Shown: positions 18,344 to 28,279 of the stretch, in pieces | Layout: each line of letters opens with the position of its first letter | How positions within the stretch are numbered: position 1 is the stretch's first letter | Position numbers and translations under genes: made by a program | Source: Clostridia bacterium | GTDB lineage: Bacteria > Bacillota > Clostridia > CAKSNL01 > HGM11501 | Assembly (NCBI GenBank): GCA_045545475.1 | Contig: JAZQAZ010000044.1 | Span: forward strand, 1 to 64,000 | Reading direction: 5' to 3' | Length of the DNA stretch: 64,000 nt | The notes under the pieces: model-generated | The model's input: the letters and a program-made list of their open reading frames with translations, nothing else | Told to the model about the DNA's origin: nothing | The model's database searches: none

Positions 18344-19592
18344 ATTTTTTATACCTTTCTTTTGTTACAGCATCCAGCATCGCTTCAATAAGCGTTCCCT
18401 CTTCCGTATATTCGGTGCTTAAAATAAGCTCGTTTTCGTGAAGCTCGGAAACCACCGCTCCGTCGGTATAGGGAATCAAAAGCACCGCTTTTTTCTTTTT
18501 ACCCGGAAGTGCTTCTTCAATCGCCTCAATAAGCTTATCTAAATTTTCTCCCTTTTTAGCAGAAATTTCCACCTGATAGGTAAAGCCGTAATCGCCAAGG
18601 AGCTCTTCTTCTCTTACGTCTATTTTATTGAATACGCCGATTACCGGCTTTTCATCGCAGCCAAGCTCCGACAAAAGCTTTCTTACCACCTTTATGTGGT
18701 TTTCCATTTCCGGGCTTGATGAATCAATAACGTGAATTATAATATCAGCTGAGCTTGCTTCCTCTAAGGTTGACTTAAAAGCCTCAATAAACTGATGGGG
18801 AAGTCTTCTTATAAAACCTACCGTGTCAATTAATCTTACAGACCTGGAATCGGAAAGTTCAAGTGCCCTTCCCGTTAAATCCAATGTTTCAAAGAGGCGG
18901 TTTCTTGCAGTTACTTCCGCTCCTGTCATAATGTTTAGAAGAGTGGATTTTCCTGCGTTGGTATAGCCAACAATTGCGGCAGTTTTAACTCCGTCCTTTT
19001 TTCTTCTCTGCCTTGAAAAGTCACGACGTTTTTCTATTTCGGCAAGTTCTTCAGATAGTGCCGAAACCCTTCTCATAATGTGCCTTCTGTCGGATTCTAG
19101 TTTTGTTTCACCCGGACCTCTCGTTCCGATACCGCCACCCTGACGGGAAAGTGCCTTACCCATCCCCGAAAGTCTTGGAAGCATATATTTAAGCTGTGCA
19201 AGAGCAACCTGAATTTTACCTTCTGCACTTTTTGCTCTCTGTGCAAAAATATCAAGAATAAGAGTGTTTCTGTCAATTACCGAAACGCCGGTTGCGTCTG
19301 CAATATTTCTTATCTGGCTGCCGGTAAGTTCGTCGTCAACCACGATCATATCGGCTTCCAGTGTTTCCGCAGCATTTTTAAGTTCCTCAAGCTTTCCTTC
19401 GCCGAAATATGTGCCCGTTTCAATAACCTGTCTGTTTTGCACCATTTCACCAACTACAATTCCTCCTGCGGTTTCAACTAACTCAGAAAGCTCCCGCATG
19501 GATTCCTCTGTTGTGTCGCTAAGTCCGTCAAGTGCACCCGTATGCACCCCGGCAATTATCACTTTATCCTGTTCCTTCAATGTTTCTTCCAT
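18330..19592 (-). CDS. hflX: Ribosome-splitting GTPase HflX
   Basis: GGGIGTRGPGETKLE.DRR, GYTNAGKSTL, DTVGFI, NKID; start ATG 19592 or 19598. Confidence 0.95.
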   Translation of the reverse strand: MEETLKEQDKVIIAGVHTGALDGLSDTTEESMRELSELVETAGGIVVGEMVQNRQVIETGTYFGEGKLEELKNAAETLEADMIVVDDELTGSQIRNIADATGVSVIDRNTLILDIFAQRAKSAEGKIQVALAQLKYMLPRLSGMGKALSRQGGGIGTRGPGETKLESDRRHIMRRVSALSEELAEIEKRRDFSRQRRKKDGVKTAAIVGYTNAGKSTLLNIMTGAEVTARNRLFETLDLTGRALELSDSRSVRLIDTVGFIRRLPHQFIEAFKSTLEEASSADIIIHVIDSSSPEMENHIKVVRKLLSELGCDEKPVIGVFNKIDVREEELLGDYGFTYQVEISAKKGENLDKLIEAIEEALPGKKKKAVLLIPYTDGAVVSELHENELILSTEYTEEGTLIEAMLDAVTKERYKKYERV

Positions 19593-19622
19593 GCTCATCA
19601 CCTTCCTTAACAATTTCTTTTT

Positions 19623-19651
19623 AGTATATCATATTTTACGTCCAATGTCAA
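19623..19651 (-). promoter_or_regulatory. sigmaA promoter of hflX-yigZ-rex-murI-MBL-MBL-htpG operon
   Basis: TTGACA(19651-19646)-17-TGn-TATACT(19628-19623). Confidence 0.7.
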
Positions 19652-19656
19652 AACTT

Positions 19657-20397
19657 TCAGCCAATCACCCACAATTTTAAAAGTGCAAGGCTTTCTCTTA
19701 AATAGCAGGATATTAAATTATACCACTGCAAGGGTGCTCCAATATGTGTTACGGATGAAAAGCCGGCATTTTTCGCCATCTGAACGCCCCTTAATATATG
19801 AAAGCGGTTTGTTATGACCAAAACGCTGTATTCACCTTCAAAAAGCGTATCCACAATTTCTTTTGAAAACGCCATATTTTCCTCGGTGGAAGTTGCCATT
19901 TCCTCTTTTATAATTTTATTCTCCGCCACGCCCTTAGATAATAGATACTTTTCCATGGCGTAAGCTTCCGTCACATCCTCCTGAAGTCCCTTGCCTCCGG
20001 TTACGATTATCAGTGCATCCGGATTTTTCTTGTGGTACTCTGCCGCCTTGTCAAGTCTGTACTGCAAAGGAAGTGTCACCCGCTCTCCCTTTACAGCCGC
20101 ACCTAAAACAATAACCGCATCTTCTTTATACGTGGCGTTATCAGATGTTCCGTATATAGCAATCGTTGCCACAAACAAAAGTTCAACAACAAGCAATGTT
20201 AAAGCGATACGCTTAATATATTTAAGCACACCTTTTTCAGTATGCTCTTTTATTTTTTCTTCGAACATTCCTAAGAAAAGTAAAAATGTACCAAGCATCA
20301 AAGTGAGCATATTCCCTATATTAAAGTTTGCAAATAATGACAAAAATATGCCGTTTATAAAAATTCCGGTGCCAAGTATGATAAATATAACTTTCAT
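19657..20397 (-). CDS. YdcF/DUF218 (SanA/ElyC-like) membrane protein
   Basis: N-terminal TM helices; IVLGA, RLD.A, TGGKG, TEA..M, STEEN, TNRFHILR; ATG 20397 after AAAGGAG. Confidence 0.88.
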   Translation of the reverse strand: MKVIFIILGTGIFINGIFLSLFANFNIGNMLTLMLGTFLLFLGMFEEKIKEHTEKGVLKYIKRIALTLLVVELLFVATIAIYGTSDNATYKEDAVIVLGAAVKGERVTLPLQYRLDKAAEYHKKNPDALIIVTGGKGLQEDVTEAYAMEKYLLSKGVAENKIIKEEMATSTEENMAFSKEIVDTLFEGEYSVLVITNRFHILRGVQMAKNAGFSSVTHIGAPLQWYNLISCYLRESLALLKLWVIG

Positions 20398-20410
20398 TGT
20401 TACTCCTTTG

Positions 20411-21559
20411 TCAGATGCAATATATAAATGCGGCAATTCTTTTTGCCGACTCAGCTAAAGAGTCCATTCTGATATATTCGTTTACAGAATGAATGTTTCC
20501 GCCTTCGGTGCCTAAATTATCCACGCAAGGTATTCCGCACTCCGTCACATAAGCTGCATCGGAACCGCTTAAACATGAACGTGCAGTAAGATGCGGAAGG
20601 GCGTTTTCTTTATATATTTCATTCATTTTTTCAAGTAAATTAATATTTTTGTCGCTCATTGCCATTGCAGGACGGAAGCTTACTTCTTCTAAAGTGCAGG
20701 TGCATCCTTCAACAGTTATATTATCGGAAACTTCTTTGCATTTTTTCTTTGCCTCAATAAGCTCCTCATCCGTTGAAAAGCGGATGTCCGCATAAAATGA
20801 GCATTTATCGGCAACAGTATTTGCCTTTGTTCCGCCGCTTATTACACCGCAGTTACAGGTAAGACCGTCGGGATTCTTCATTTTTTCAAGTTCAATTATT
20901 TTATACGCCGCCTCTGCCACGGCATTGGCAGCCTCGGCACAGCGGGATGAGTGAAGTGCCTTTCCGTGAACGGTAAAGAGGTATCTGATTATTCCCTTTC
21001 GCTTGATAACCGCCGTGTTTCCCTTTATTCCCTCAAGGTTAAGAAAAGCTAATGAGCCTTTAGCCTTTTCGCATATGTATTTTATTGTTTCCTTGTTACT
21101 TGTGGCACTGCTGTTTTCCTCGTCGGACTGTAATAAAAGATGAACCGGGCGATTCCTAAAATCGCACTCATCAAGAGCCTCCATCGCCATTAACGCCGCA
21201 ACAATACCGCCTTTGCAATCCATAACGCCGGGACCGTACATATTCTCTTCGTCACGCCTTACAGGAACCTTTCCGAAGGAGCCTGCCTGATGCACAGTGT
21301 CCATATGACCGGAGACACATATAGGTGTGCCGTCTGCTTTCGAATTAAGAGTAACCGAAACAACATCTCCGGATATATCCTGGTGAAAAACCTCAGTTTC
21401 CCATCCCTTTTTCTTTGCAAAATCAAGAAAATACTTTCCCACTTCATCAACGCCTTCTTTGAAATCCGTGGGACTTTCAATCGAGCATACCTCTTCCAGA
21501 ATATCAAGAAACCTTGCTTTTTTTTCATCTATTTTATCAAATAAATGTTTGCACTTCAT
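20411..21559 (-). CDS. M20 family metallopeptidase (carboxypeptidase G2/ArgE-like)
   Basis: GHMDTVH, GPGVMDCKGG, SDEE, LEG, GSDA, NIHS; start 21559 or 21583. Confidence 0.88.
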   Translation of the reverse strand: MKCKHLFDKIDEKKARFLDILEEVCSIESPTDFKEGVDEVGKYFLDFAKKKGWETEVFHQDISGDVVSVTLNSKADGTPICVSGHMDTVHQAGSFGKVPVRRDEENMYGPGVMDCKGGIVAALMAMEALDECDFRNRPVHLLLQSDEENSSATSNKETIKYICEKAKGSLAFLNLEGIKGNTAVIKRKGIIRYLFTVHGKALHSSRCAEAANAVAEAAYKIIELEKMKNPDGLTCNCGVISGGTKANTVADKCSFYADIRFSTDEELIEAKKKCKEVSDNITVEGCTCTLEEVSFRPAMAMSDKNINLLEKMNEIYKENALPHLTARSCLSGSDAAYVTECGIPCVDNLGTEGGNIHSVNEYIRMDSLAESAKRIAAFIYCI

Positions 21560-21620
21560 GTTTCTCTTCCTTTCGGTCTCCATAAACCATTATTTTTGTT
21601 TCCAATGACATATCTCCTGA

Positions 21621-22352
21621 TTATTCAGCATTTAATACAGCACAGCAAGAGTCAAAGCCAAAATCCGGGGTTGAAACCCTTTTTACATTTCCCAAGCTGT
21701 CTTTTACTTCAATTTCTTTTCCGTTCCAATACAACATTGAAGTCTTACGGCCATCAGGACTTCTGTAATTCAATGCCGCTACCGGTTTATCCTTATCAGC
21801 TCTGTATAAAGTGATGCCTGTATTTTTAAGATAATCGTACTCAATTGCCGCACGTTCGGTGGGCGTAAACTCTTCTTCAGGCAAATATCTGAAACACAGA
21901 GGCGGAGTTTCTTCGTCATACATAACGTCGATTTCAACCAATCTGTGTTCTCTTATCATATTTCCCAGATAAACGGATTTTGAAATATTCACACTGACCT
22001 TACCATTTTCACTCTGATATGCAACAACAGCAAAACCTTCTTCACATTCAATGGGAATAATGTCATCGTAAACGGGATATATAAACTGAATAAATCCCAT
22101 ACTCATAAATCCCCACTTGCCATTTTCCGTCAATCTGTATTTATAACCCAAAAGCGTGTTTTCCTTATCGCATGACCTAATTTCTCTTACGTCATACATT
22201 ACTTTTACTGTTTCGTTGTTGCATTCAAAATAAAAAGGCTCACTGTTTTCATCAGTCAGAAAATATTTACCTTCTTCTCCACATACAAAAAGCCATTTGA
22301 TGCATTCCGTTTTTCCGCTTTTCTCTTTCAAATATTTATCAAAACCAGGCAT
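21621..22352 (-). CDS. Hypothetical protein with one WG-repeat-like segment
   Basis: 243-aa ORF with AAGGAG RBS and upstream TTGAAA-17-TATACT; NGKWGF...PVYDDI. Confidence 0.6.
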   Translation of the reverse strand: MPGFDKYLKEKSGKTECIKWLFVCGEEGKYFLTDENSEPFYFECNNETVKVMYDVREIRSCDKENTLLGYKYRLTENGKWGFMSMGFIQFIYPVYDDIIPIECEEGFAVVAYQSENGKVSVNISKSVYLGNMIREHRLVEIDVMYDEETPPLCFRYLPEEEFTPTERAAIEYDYLKNTGITLYRADKDKPVAALNYRSPDGRKTSMLYWNGKEIEVKDSLGNVKRVSTPDFGFDSCCAVLNAE

Positions 22353-22433
22353 ATATCATAGCTCCTTTTCTCACAGTTCTGCTTTATAACAAAAACTGTT
22401 TTTAGTATACCACATATATTTGCTCATTTCAAG

Positions 22434-22463
22434 AAAAAGAGCGGGAAATTCCCGCTCTTTTTT
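22434..22463 (-). terminator. Intrinsic terminator after the 4Fe-4S pair
   Basis: aaaaagagcgggaa-a-ttcccgctcttttt. Confidence 0.8.
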
Positions 22464-23572
22464 TACTTTTTCTTATACTCGTTTTCCCTTATACCGGGAT
22501 ATTTTTCGTCAAGATATTTTTCTCTGTAGGGGTTTACGCCGTCTGACACAGATTCCGGCTTATTTGAAAGAAGCCAGCTTTCCTTTTTGTAAAACTTATT
22601 CTTAAAGGTATTTTCAATTCTGCCCGTTTTTTCAAGGGCATCCATGCAGGCACGGATGCATCCCCTTGCACCGCAGATTGCAAAATATCCGGTATGCCCC
22701 AATATATAGTTATAGTATTCCATAACCGCATTGGTTTCAGGCTTTCTTCCCCATTTTGCCCCCGCCAGGGAATAGCTTAAAATATACGCCTCTTCCTCTG
22801 TCATATCGGAGTTTCTCACGTCGAACGCCATATTGGGAAATTCCTTTTTAAGGAAGGGCGAACATTCATTGTTAAGTCCGTGATGCGAAAGGGTACAACG
22901 CCCCATCTGAACATCGCCGTACCACACCTTTTTTTCGCCGTAGTCAACTTCGATTCTCTTTTCCTTGTCCTTAAGGGACGGAACGGCATTACCGGGGCAC
23001 ATTTTAACGCAGGCACCGCAATGAAGGCATATATCGCCCGTGTCTAAAATCGGATCGGGCGTAAGTTCACAATCGGTAAAAATCAGTCCGATTCTTACGC
23101 GGGGACCGAATTTCTTTGTAAGAAATACCTTGGAATAGCCTATTTCACCAAGACCGCAGCCTGCCGCAATAAGCCTTACGGAGCAAACCACATCGGCGGG
23201 AACCTTTCCTTCCGCCACAGGCTCTCTCGTTACGCCGTTACCCTCCGGCACCGCAGGATAGTGAAGTGCCGCCTCATAGCCGTTGTCCTCAATAAAGCAG
23301 GCAAGTTCATAACTCTTTTTCGGGCGGAAAAGGGAATTTAATTTGTTATAGGAATAAAAGGTGTAGTTATGCCAGTGTGTACCTTCTTCAATACCTCTGT
23401 ATGTACCTCTCGGGATTCGCATTGCAATGGCAATAACCGACTTTGCACCGGGAAAATAGGTTTCGGGAGACATAAGCTTCGGAGCATTTTTAAATCGTTC
23501 GATGTTTCCGATGGCTATGCAGTCAATACCAAGCTCTTTTGCCTTTTCCTTAATCATTTCGCTTGTAAGCAT
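22463..23572 (-). CDS. QueG/reductive dehalogenase-fold 2x[4Fe-4S] protein (subunit B)
   Basis: FPGAKSVI, GLGEIGYS..LTKKFGPRVR...TD, CLHCGACVKMCP, GRC, CGARGCIRAC; ATG 23572 coupled to upstream TGA. Confidence 0.75.
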   Translation of the reverse strand: MLTSEMIKEKAKELGIDCIAIGNIERFKNAPKLMSPETYFPGAKSVIAIAMRIPRGTYRGIEEGTHWHNYTFYSYNKLNSLFRPKKSYELACFIEDNGYEAALHYPAVPEGNGVTREPVAEGKVPADVVCSVRLIAAGCGLGEIGYSKVFLTKKFGPRVRIGLIFTDCELTPDPILDTGDICLHCGACVKMCPGNAVPSLKDKEKRIEVDYGEKKVWYGDVQMGRCTLSHHGLNNECSPFLKKEFPNMAFDVRNSDMTEEEAYILSYSLAGAKWGRKPETNAVMEYYNYILGHTGYFAICGARGCIRACMDALEKTGRIENTFKNKFYKKESWLLSNKPESVSDGVNPYREKYLDEKYPGIRENEYKKK

Positions 23573-23573
23573 A

Positions 23574-24488
23574 TCAGTGGCCTCTCTTTCCGTCCTTTGA
23601 AAAGGCACCGCCAAGAACATTTGCAGAATCGGTATCCCTCGCTTTGGATTTACCTTCTTCGCCTATCGCCCAGGCATCACGCTGTCTGAAAGGATTGTCA
23701 AAGAGATTACCGACAAGCCCCACTTCCTCCAAATGGCACATACAAGTTCTGTTGCAAAGTGCCGCTACTCTGTCGGGTGCACCTGCCGACGTAAATCTGT
23801 TGGGAATTGCACCATTTTTGCATATTTTGCATTTTTCATAATCAATAACGGCAATTTCCATCTTTTTACCGCAGATTTCGACGGTTTTAGTTTCCGTTTT
23901 ACTGATAGCTCCCAGGGGGCAGGAATCCGCACACTTTCTGCACTTGTCGCACACACTTCTTTCAAGAAGAGGAGTTGAGGGAATTTCCGCATCGGTTATT
24001 ATCATATGAAATCTCTGGCGTGAGCCGAATTTTTCCGAGAAAACCATTCCGCTGTAGGAAAGCTCGCAAAGTCCCGTTGCAACAGCCGCATAGGCAAAGT
24101 CGGGAAATACGTTGGGTGCAACTCTTCCCTCGGCAACGGAAACACCTGTTGGTGCTATCTCCGAAGGATTGGGGAAAACGGGCACTGCCTCATAGCCGTT
24201 ATCCTCAAGTACGTTGGTAAGGTTATAGCAGGCGATTGCCAAAAACTCATCCTCAAGCCAGTTTTTGCCGAAAAGTGCATAGTCGCTGAAGTTTGTTCCT
24301 TCCTCCACGCCACGAAGCGAGCCGCGGCAGATTCTCTTTCCCAGCATAATTACGGTTTTACCCTCGGGGAAAATGGAAAACGGGTTATGCTCTGCCTCTA
24401 CCCCTTCAAATCTTTCTTTTCCCGCAAAGCCTATTAAATCAATACCTTCCTTTTTAACGGCTTCTTCAATTATTTCTTTAAGTTCCAT
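23574..24488 (-). CDS. QueG/reductive dehalogenase-fold 2x[4Fe-4S] protein (subunit A)
   Basis: GIDLIGFA, FPEGKTVI, AAVATGL.E, FGSRQRF..IITD, CDKCRKCADSCP, CKIC, CNRTC. Confidence 0.75.
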   Translation of the reverse strand: MELKEIIEEAVKKEGIDLIGFAGKERFEGVEAEHNPFSIFPEGKTVIMLGKRICRGSLRGVEEGTNFSDYALFGKNWLEDEFLAIACYNLTNVLEDNGYEAVPVFPNPSEIAPTGVSVAEGRVAPNVFPDFAYAAVATGLCELSYSGMVFSEKFGSRQRFHMIITDAEIPSTPLLERSVCDKCRKCADSCPLGAISKTETKTVEICGKKMEIAVIDYEKCKICKNGAIPNRFTSAGAPDRVAALCNRTCMCHLEEVGLVGNLFDNPFRQRDAWAIGEEGKSKARDTDSANVLGGAFSKDGKRGH

Positions 24489-24517
24489 AAAAAACTCTCC
24501 TTTCGCTTTATAAAAAC

Positions 24518-24546
24518 AGTATATTACCGAAAATGGTTCATTTCAA
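24518..24546 (-). promoter_or_regulatory. Promoter of the 4Fe-4S pair
   Basis: TTGAAA(24546-24541)-17-TATACT(24523-24518). Confidence 0.5.
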
Positions 24547-24635
24547 GCTCAAATAACATAACATATTTTAGAAAAACGAAACTTGCATTTTTTCATTTTT
24601 CGTGCTACACTTATTTCAAAGCATTCAAAAAAGAG

Positions 24636-25403
24636 GTGTTTTTATTGGATTTATTTGAAAATTCCGCTGTTTTATCCTTTGATGTTTTCCCCGTAGAATT
24701 CAAGAAAAAAGAAACCGTTTTTGTTCCGGGGCGTAAGTTTCACTCCCTTACATTCAGAAAAAGCGGGAAAATAACCATCACCGAATCGGACAAAACTCTT
24801 ATTTCAGATGCATCTTCCGTCACCTATGTCCCGAAGGGCGTGGGCTATCATACCGAGGTTACGGAATCGGGCAGTATGATTGTTATTCATTTCAATCTGG
24901 CAAAAGATGATGTTTCCGATAAAATAAAAGTCTTCACGCCGAAAAATTCTGCCATGCTTCTGAATCTCTTTTCCGCCCTTTTAAAAGGCTACAACGCGGG
25001 AAATCCCATAGACTATGCCTCTTTTTCTGTTTTCTATGAAATTTTAGCCACCATAAGTCGTGAGGCATCAATCTCTGTTTCCCCGAGAATGCAAAAGATA
25101 AAGGAATATATCGACAAAAACTTTCAGAATCCAACACTTTCTGTCAGCCTTATTGCGGAAAAATTCGGCATAAGCGAGGTTTATTTAAGGCGGGAGTTTA
25201 AGGATTCTTTTGATATAACGCCCCTTTCCCACATAAATAAAATACGCCTTGAAAATGCAAAGGCTATGCTTAAAACGGGCTATTACTCCGTGGGCACGGT
25301 TTCCGAAAACTGCGGATATCTTTCCTTAAGCTATTTTTCCTACGCCTTCCGAAATGCCGTGGGACTTTCACCGTCGGAATATATGAAAAATCACCTATTA
25401 TAA
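24636..25403 (+). CDS. AraC family transcriptional regulator
   Basis: IAEKFGISEVYLRREFK, CGYLSLSYFSYAFRNAVGLSPSEY; real start may be TTG 24645. Confidence 0.9.
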   Translation: MFLLDLFENSAVLSFDVFPVEFKKKETVFVPGRKFHSLTFRKSGKITITESDKTLISDASSVTYVPKGVGYHTEVTESGSMIVIHFNLAKDDVSDKIKVFTPKNSAMLLNLFSALLKGYNAGNPIDYASFSVFYEILATISREASISVSPRMQKIKEYIDKNFQNPTLSVSLIAEKFGISEVYLRREFKDSFDITPLSHINKIRLENAKAMLKTGYYSVGTVSENCGYLSLSYFSYAFRNAVGLSPSEYMKNHLL

Positions 25404-25416
25404 TTCCCCGGGAAAT

Positions 25417-25448
25417 AAAAAAACGGTCTGGAAATCCAGACCGTTTTT
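25417..25448. terminator. Bidirectional terminator
   Basis: aaaaacggtctgga-aa-tccagaccgttttt. Confidence 0.8.
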
Positions 25449-25449
25449 A

Positions 25450-26529
25450 TTACTTGGTTATTTTGTTTTTGCCTGTCTTTTTCGATGTATAAAGGTTATC
25501 GTCAGCTCTGTCAAAAAATGTTTCTATCGTTTCATCTGCCTGATATTTTGCAATTCCGGAAGAAAACGTAAGACTCTTATCCGTAAATTCAAAGCGGTAT
25601 TCATAAAAGTTCTTCATCGCCGACCTTACGATTTCTTCCGCCTTTTCCAAAGACTTTCCGCAAAGTATAAGGGCAAATTCCTCCCCTCCGAAACGGCAGG
25701 CATAGTCGTTTTCGTCGCATACTCCCTTAAGAATGCCCGCAAGGGCTTTCAAAACATCGTCGCCCTCGTCATGACCGTATGTATCGTTTATATTCTTGAA
25801 ATCGTCAATGTCTATCATAACAAGGCTTAAGTCCTTTGTGCCGTTTTCGCTATTTTCAATGGCAGGCACAAGCCTTTCGTAAAACGCTTCGTGGTTGAAA
25901 AGTCCCGTCATCTGATCTAAATCAATTTCTTCTTCAAGCCTGTCATTTTCCATCGCCTGCTTTTCTATAAGTGAAAAATTTCTTTCGGAAAAGTTAATAG
26001 AAAGAATGCCACACAAGTATGAAACAGCAATAAGTCCGTACACAACAATTATATTGATAAGCATGGTAACATCAATTTTTCTTTCAGCAAAAAGCGTTGC
26101 CACAGAAACGGAAACCAAAATCAATGAAGACCACAAACTCTGCTTCAAGATTACTTTATCGTTGTACAATGCAGATAAAATTATAGGAAAAACATAGGAA
26201 CAGCCGGTTACAATATAATCCCTATGGATAAGGGACACCACAAAGCTTGTGGCGATCATTGCGTAAATAATTGAATAATTTTTAAGATTGTGGTTTACTG
26301 ATTCGGATTTACACAGCCACCTTGCCGCCATATGTGCCAAAAAGTTTAATATTATGGGAAACACCACATTAAGCCATAAATAGTGGCTTCTCAAAGAAAG
26401 GCTGTGAAGCCCCATATGTACGAAAATAAAGTACGCCGCAATTTCTGCTACAGAAACAATAGCCACCGTTCCTGCGTGTACCATTAAAAGCTGTTTTCTG
26501 TACTCTTTTATAAGTTCTTCGTTGTTCAT
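25450..26529 (-). CDS. Membrane-bound diguanylate cyclase (GGDEF)
   Basis: Several N-terminal TM helices; DQMTGLFN, DIDDFK.INDTYGH, RFGGEEF. Confidence 0.92.
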   Translation of the reverse strand: MNNEELIKEYRKQLLMVHAGTVAIVSVAEIAAYFIFVHMGLHSLSLRSHYLWLNVVFPIILNFLAHMAARWLCKSESVNHNLKNYSIIYAMIATSFVVSLIHRDYIVTGCSYVFPIILSALYNDKVILKQSLWSSLILVSVSVATLFAERKIDVTMLINIIVVYGLIAVSYLCGILSINFSERNFSLIEKQAMENDRLEEEIDLDQMTGLFNHEAFYERLVPAIENSENGTKDLSLVMIDIDDFKNINDTYGHDEGDDVLKALAGILKGVCDENDYACRFGGEEFALILCGKSLEKAEEIVRSAMKNFYEYRFEFTDKSLTFSSGIAKYQADETIETFFDRADDNLYTSKKTGKNKITK

Positions 26530-26533
26530 TTCA

Positions 26534-27385
26534 TCATTCCTGTTCGTCTTTTATTTTTTCGTTTACCGTTATAACCACAAGCTCCGGTCTGTTAAATATT
26601 CTCGGCAAAACCGTATTTTCCCGTGACAGACCTCTGCTCACAATCATTTTCCCGCTTTCAAACTCATAAAGTCCTCCTGCCATCTTCGGAAAGAACCCTT
26701 CACCCGGAGAATATAAGCCGTTTAGTATAAAGGGGATTCTTACTTGTCCTCCGTGAGCGTGTCCCGATAAAACCAGGTCAAAATTGTAATTAAAATACTT
26801 TTCCGCAAGCTCGGGTCGGTGAGCAAGCAATATATTAAAGCAATCGTCACTTGCCTCTGCTCCGACAAAGGCAAGCTGCTCATAAAACCCGATATGATTT
26901 TTATCCGCTTCATCGACCTCGGGATCATCAGTTCCGCTGATTGACACTTTGTTTCCGTTTATTTCGAGACTTTTAACATTGCCCCTTAAAACCTTTACAT
27001 CTCTGTCTTCAATCCGTGAAAATATCCCCAACGTATCAGTTCCCCACCACTCGTGGTTTCCGCTTACGTAAAAGGTTTCATACTTTCCTTTAAGTCCGTC
27101 TATCAAATCATAGCTTCCCCCGGTATTGTATTTATCGTCAAAAATGTCACCGCAAAGAAGCACTGCATCGGGTTTTGCTTTTTCAATTTCTTCCAACAAC
27201 TCCGATTGCCTTTGTCCGTACTCGCATCCGTGAAGGTCTGATATTAAAACGAAGGTGATATTCCCCGAAATCTTTTCGCTTTCAAGTGTGTAATTTACCA
27301 CCTTAAGCCTTGAATCAAATGCCGCAATAACAAGCAGAATAACTCCGATAATTATCAAAAAATACTTTAACTTTTTTATTTTCAA
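26534..27385 (-). CDS. Calcineurin-like metallophosphoesterase (YkuE-like)
   Basis: SDLH, GD, GNHE, LAH, SGHAHGGQ. Confidence 0.9.
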   Translation of the reverse strand: MKIKKLKYFLIIIGVILLVIAAFDSRLKVVNYTLESEKISGNITFVLISDLHGCEYGQRQSELLEEIEKAKPDAVLLCGDIFDDKYNTGGSYDLIDGLKGKYETFYVSGNHEWWGTDTLGIFSRIEDRDVKVLRGNVKSLEINGNKVSISGTDDPEVDEADKNHIGFYEQLAFVGAEASDDCFNILLAHRPELAEKYFNYNFDLVLSGHAHGGQVRIPFILNGLYSPGEGFFPKMAGGLYEFESGKMIVSRGLSRENTVLPRIFNRPELVVITVNEKIKDEQE

Positions 27386-27399
27386 TATGCATTCTCCTT

Positions 27400-28278
27400 T
27401 TACAGGATATCTACGGAAAACAAATCCATATCCTCCATCATCGGTGCTTCAATTGTCATCTCTTCGTCGGTTATAGGATGGCAAAAGGAAATTTCACTGC
27501 AATGAAGGCGTACTCTTTCATTCTTTTGTGCCGCACCGTATAAATCGTCGCCGTAGATGGGATTTCCCATATAGGAAAGATGCACCCTTATCTGATGGGT
27601 TCTCCCCGTAAGCGGTGAAAGCTTTACAAGAGAATAGTCACCGTTTGATTGAAGTGTTTCATAGAAGGTTATCGCCTCTTTTCCAAGCGGCGTAACACAC
27701 CTTAAAATAACACTTTCTTCCCTTCTGCCTATAGGTGCGTTTATCTCTCCCTTTTCCGGGTTCATCCTTCCGTTTACCAGTGCCAGATATTCCTTTTTAA
27801 TGCTTCCTTTTTTCATTGCTTCACCGAGGATTGCCCCGGAAAGCGGATTTTTTGCAAGAAGCACAACGCCCGATGTATCCTTATCAAGCCTTGTTATCAC
27901 ACGGAAGGTAAAATCTTCGCCTAAAAAATAATGCATCAACGCATTGGCAAGCGTATCCCCGTGATGGTTCTGCGACGGGTGTATCGGCATATTCCTCGGC
28001 TTATTTACTGCAATTATGTCCTCATCCTCATAAAGCACCGAAAGCGGTATGTCTGATGGGGCAATATCGCTTCTTTTATCTTTTAATGTTATTAAAAGCC
28101 TGTCCCCCGTCTTCACCTTTTCATTAACGAAAACCTTTTTTCCGGAAAGCTTAATGCCGTCTTCGGACTCTTTAAGTTCCTTTATAAGAGTGGAAGATAC
28201 TCCATTTCTATGAAGTAATTCCTTTACCGTTTTTCCCGATAGTGTATCGTCAATTAAAATTTCAAATTTCTTATCCAT
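27400..28278 (-). CDS. RluA family pseudouridine synthase
   Basis: VNKP, TRLDKDTSG, TGRTHQIRVH, GDDLYG; ATG 28278 next to upstream TGA. Confidence 0.92.
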   Translation of the reverse strand: MDKKFEILIDDTLSGKTVKELLHRNGVSSTLIKELKESEDGIKLSGKKVFVNEKVKTGDRLLITLKDKRSDIAPSDIPLSVLYEDEDIIAVNKPRNMPIHPSQNHHGDTLANALMHYFLGEDFTFRVITRLDKDTSGVVLLAKNPLSGAILGEAMKKGSIKKEYLALVNGRMNPEKGEINAPIGRREESVILRCVTPLGKEAITFYETLQSNGDYSLVKLSPLTGRTHQIRVHLSYMGNPIYGDDLYGAAQKNERVRLHCSEISFCHPITDEEMTIEAPMMEDMDLFSVDIL

Positions 28279-28279
28279 A

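Noticed and set aside
22463-24488. Respiratory reductive dehalogenase (rdhAB) or canonical queG call
   Set aside because: No Tat signal, no rdhB membrane anchor and no QueG catalytic motifs; kept only as fold-level similarity
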